A stretch of 64,000 bases of DNA from Hydrolagus affinis (lineage: Eukaryota), in NCBI GenBank assembly GCA_012026655.1, contig JAAILG010000002.1:124001-188000 (forward strand). Reading direction: 5' to 3'. Numbering within the stretch: the stretch's first letter is position 1; every line of letters begins with the position of its first letter. The notes beneath the pieces were generated by a model. That model had not been told where the DNA came from. It did no database searches and saw nothing but the letters and a program-made list of their open reading frames with translations. The translations under genes and the position numbers were made by a program. This document shows positions 63,060 through 64,000 of this stretch, piece after piece.

Positions 63060-63127
63060 CAACAACAACAACAACAAAATTATATTTGCATTGCGCCTTT
63101 CATGTCAGGAGGACATCCCAAGGCGTC
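63060..63127 (-). mobile_element. Family B tail-only element
   Basis: Minus: GACGCCTTGGGATGTCCTCCTGACATGAAAGGCGCAATGCAAATATAATTTT(GTT)n. Confidence 0.88.
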
Positions 63128-63407
63128 ACCATGTTTCAGAAGTTCCAAATCACTCAAGAGTTCCATGCGTGTCACCGACATGTGGAAATTCAAGCTTATC
63201 TGATTGCGGCTTGGGGAGCTCAGAATGTGTGTGGGATACTGCTAGAGTCTAACCACCTAAAACGAAAGAATCTAGGCTCCCAGTGACTGATGTTCCATCC
63301 CCCATCCTCCTAGTGAACTAGGCTGGCTGGTCTGTTCATCATCATTGCCCCAAATTATTATGTACCCACCTGATTCAGGAACCATGTCACCTTGGAGCCA
63401 CTTATCA

Positions 63408-63604
63408 CAAATAAGAGTAATCTGGTCACTCAATCCACCAATGTTTGGGGGAACACTACTGGGCGTAATTGACTGCCGCATTTCACCCACAAAATATGCA
63501 GTCAATTCACTTTACAGTATATTTTTGTGAAGCCTTTTGAGATGTCTTGAAGGCATGAAAAGGCATTATAGCAAATGTATGGATGATTATTCTTATTATT
63601 ATTA
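63408..63604 (+). mobile_element. Family A SINE 3' half
   Basis: CTGGTCACTCAATCCAC...CAGTCAATTCACTTTACAGTATATT...GGATGATTATTCTTATTATTATTA. Confidence 0.85.
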
Positions 63605-64000
63605 CCATCGTTGGGTAACATCATGAGCAAAACAAGCCATGTAAACCCACCTCAATTTCTGTGAAGTGTCTCTCTATACACACACATACACACATTGGTT
63701 AGCACTGATCAAATTTATATGTTTTTTAAGTAGGATTCTTAAAATGCGCTGGATAAAAAAAAGCTCAGAGATACAAGCCTTTTAACGCACATTAAGTAGA
63801 TCGATATTAAATTCTTTCAAGCCCATCACATCATTCCTGAGTATCTGAAACCATTACAGACAGTGACAAAGACACAGGTCCTTGTTAAATCTCACTAAAA
63901 AAATTGTTCAGAGGTCAGTGAGAATAACAAGAATAACATGGATTTTACTTAGAAAATTAAATCTCTGTCAAAGCTCAGGTAGTGTTCACTAAGGGCTTCT

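Overview
AT-rich, non-coding vertebrate DNA, probably a large intron or gene desert. The repeat complement points to a cartilaginous fish, plausibly a holocephalan such as Callorhinchus (inference): shark-type CR1 3' ends, L2 fragments, SacSINE1-like DeuSINEs, an abundant tRNA-derived SINE ending in (ATT)n, and a palindromic Penelope-derived element. I cannot support any protein-coding gene, RNA gene or CRISPR array. The supplied ORFs are short and either random or read through decayed LINE/SINE sequence. About 40 retroelement copies or fragments are recognisable. Several repeat-free, homeodomain-motif-rich blocks look like conserved non-coding enhancers. One 100-N assembly gap lies next to a G-quadruplex-type minisatellite. 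The most notable signals are: (i) a recurrent ~65-70 bp element made only of an L2-type 3' stem-loop plus (GTT)n, with a uniform 5' end; (ii) a palindromic Penelope-like element with decayed hammerhead cores; (iii) a SINE-head footprint inside a 20-bp direct repeat; (iv) several template-switch palindromes; (v) a few weak exon or microexon candidates. Repeat family names come from recalled consensus features and were not verified by a search. Repeat boundaries are approximate.
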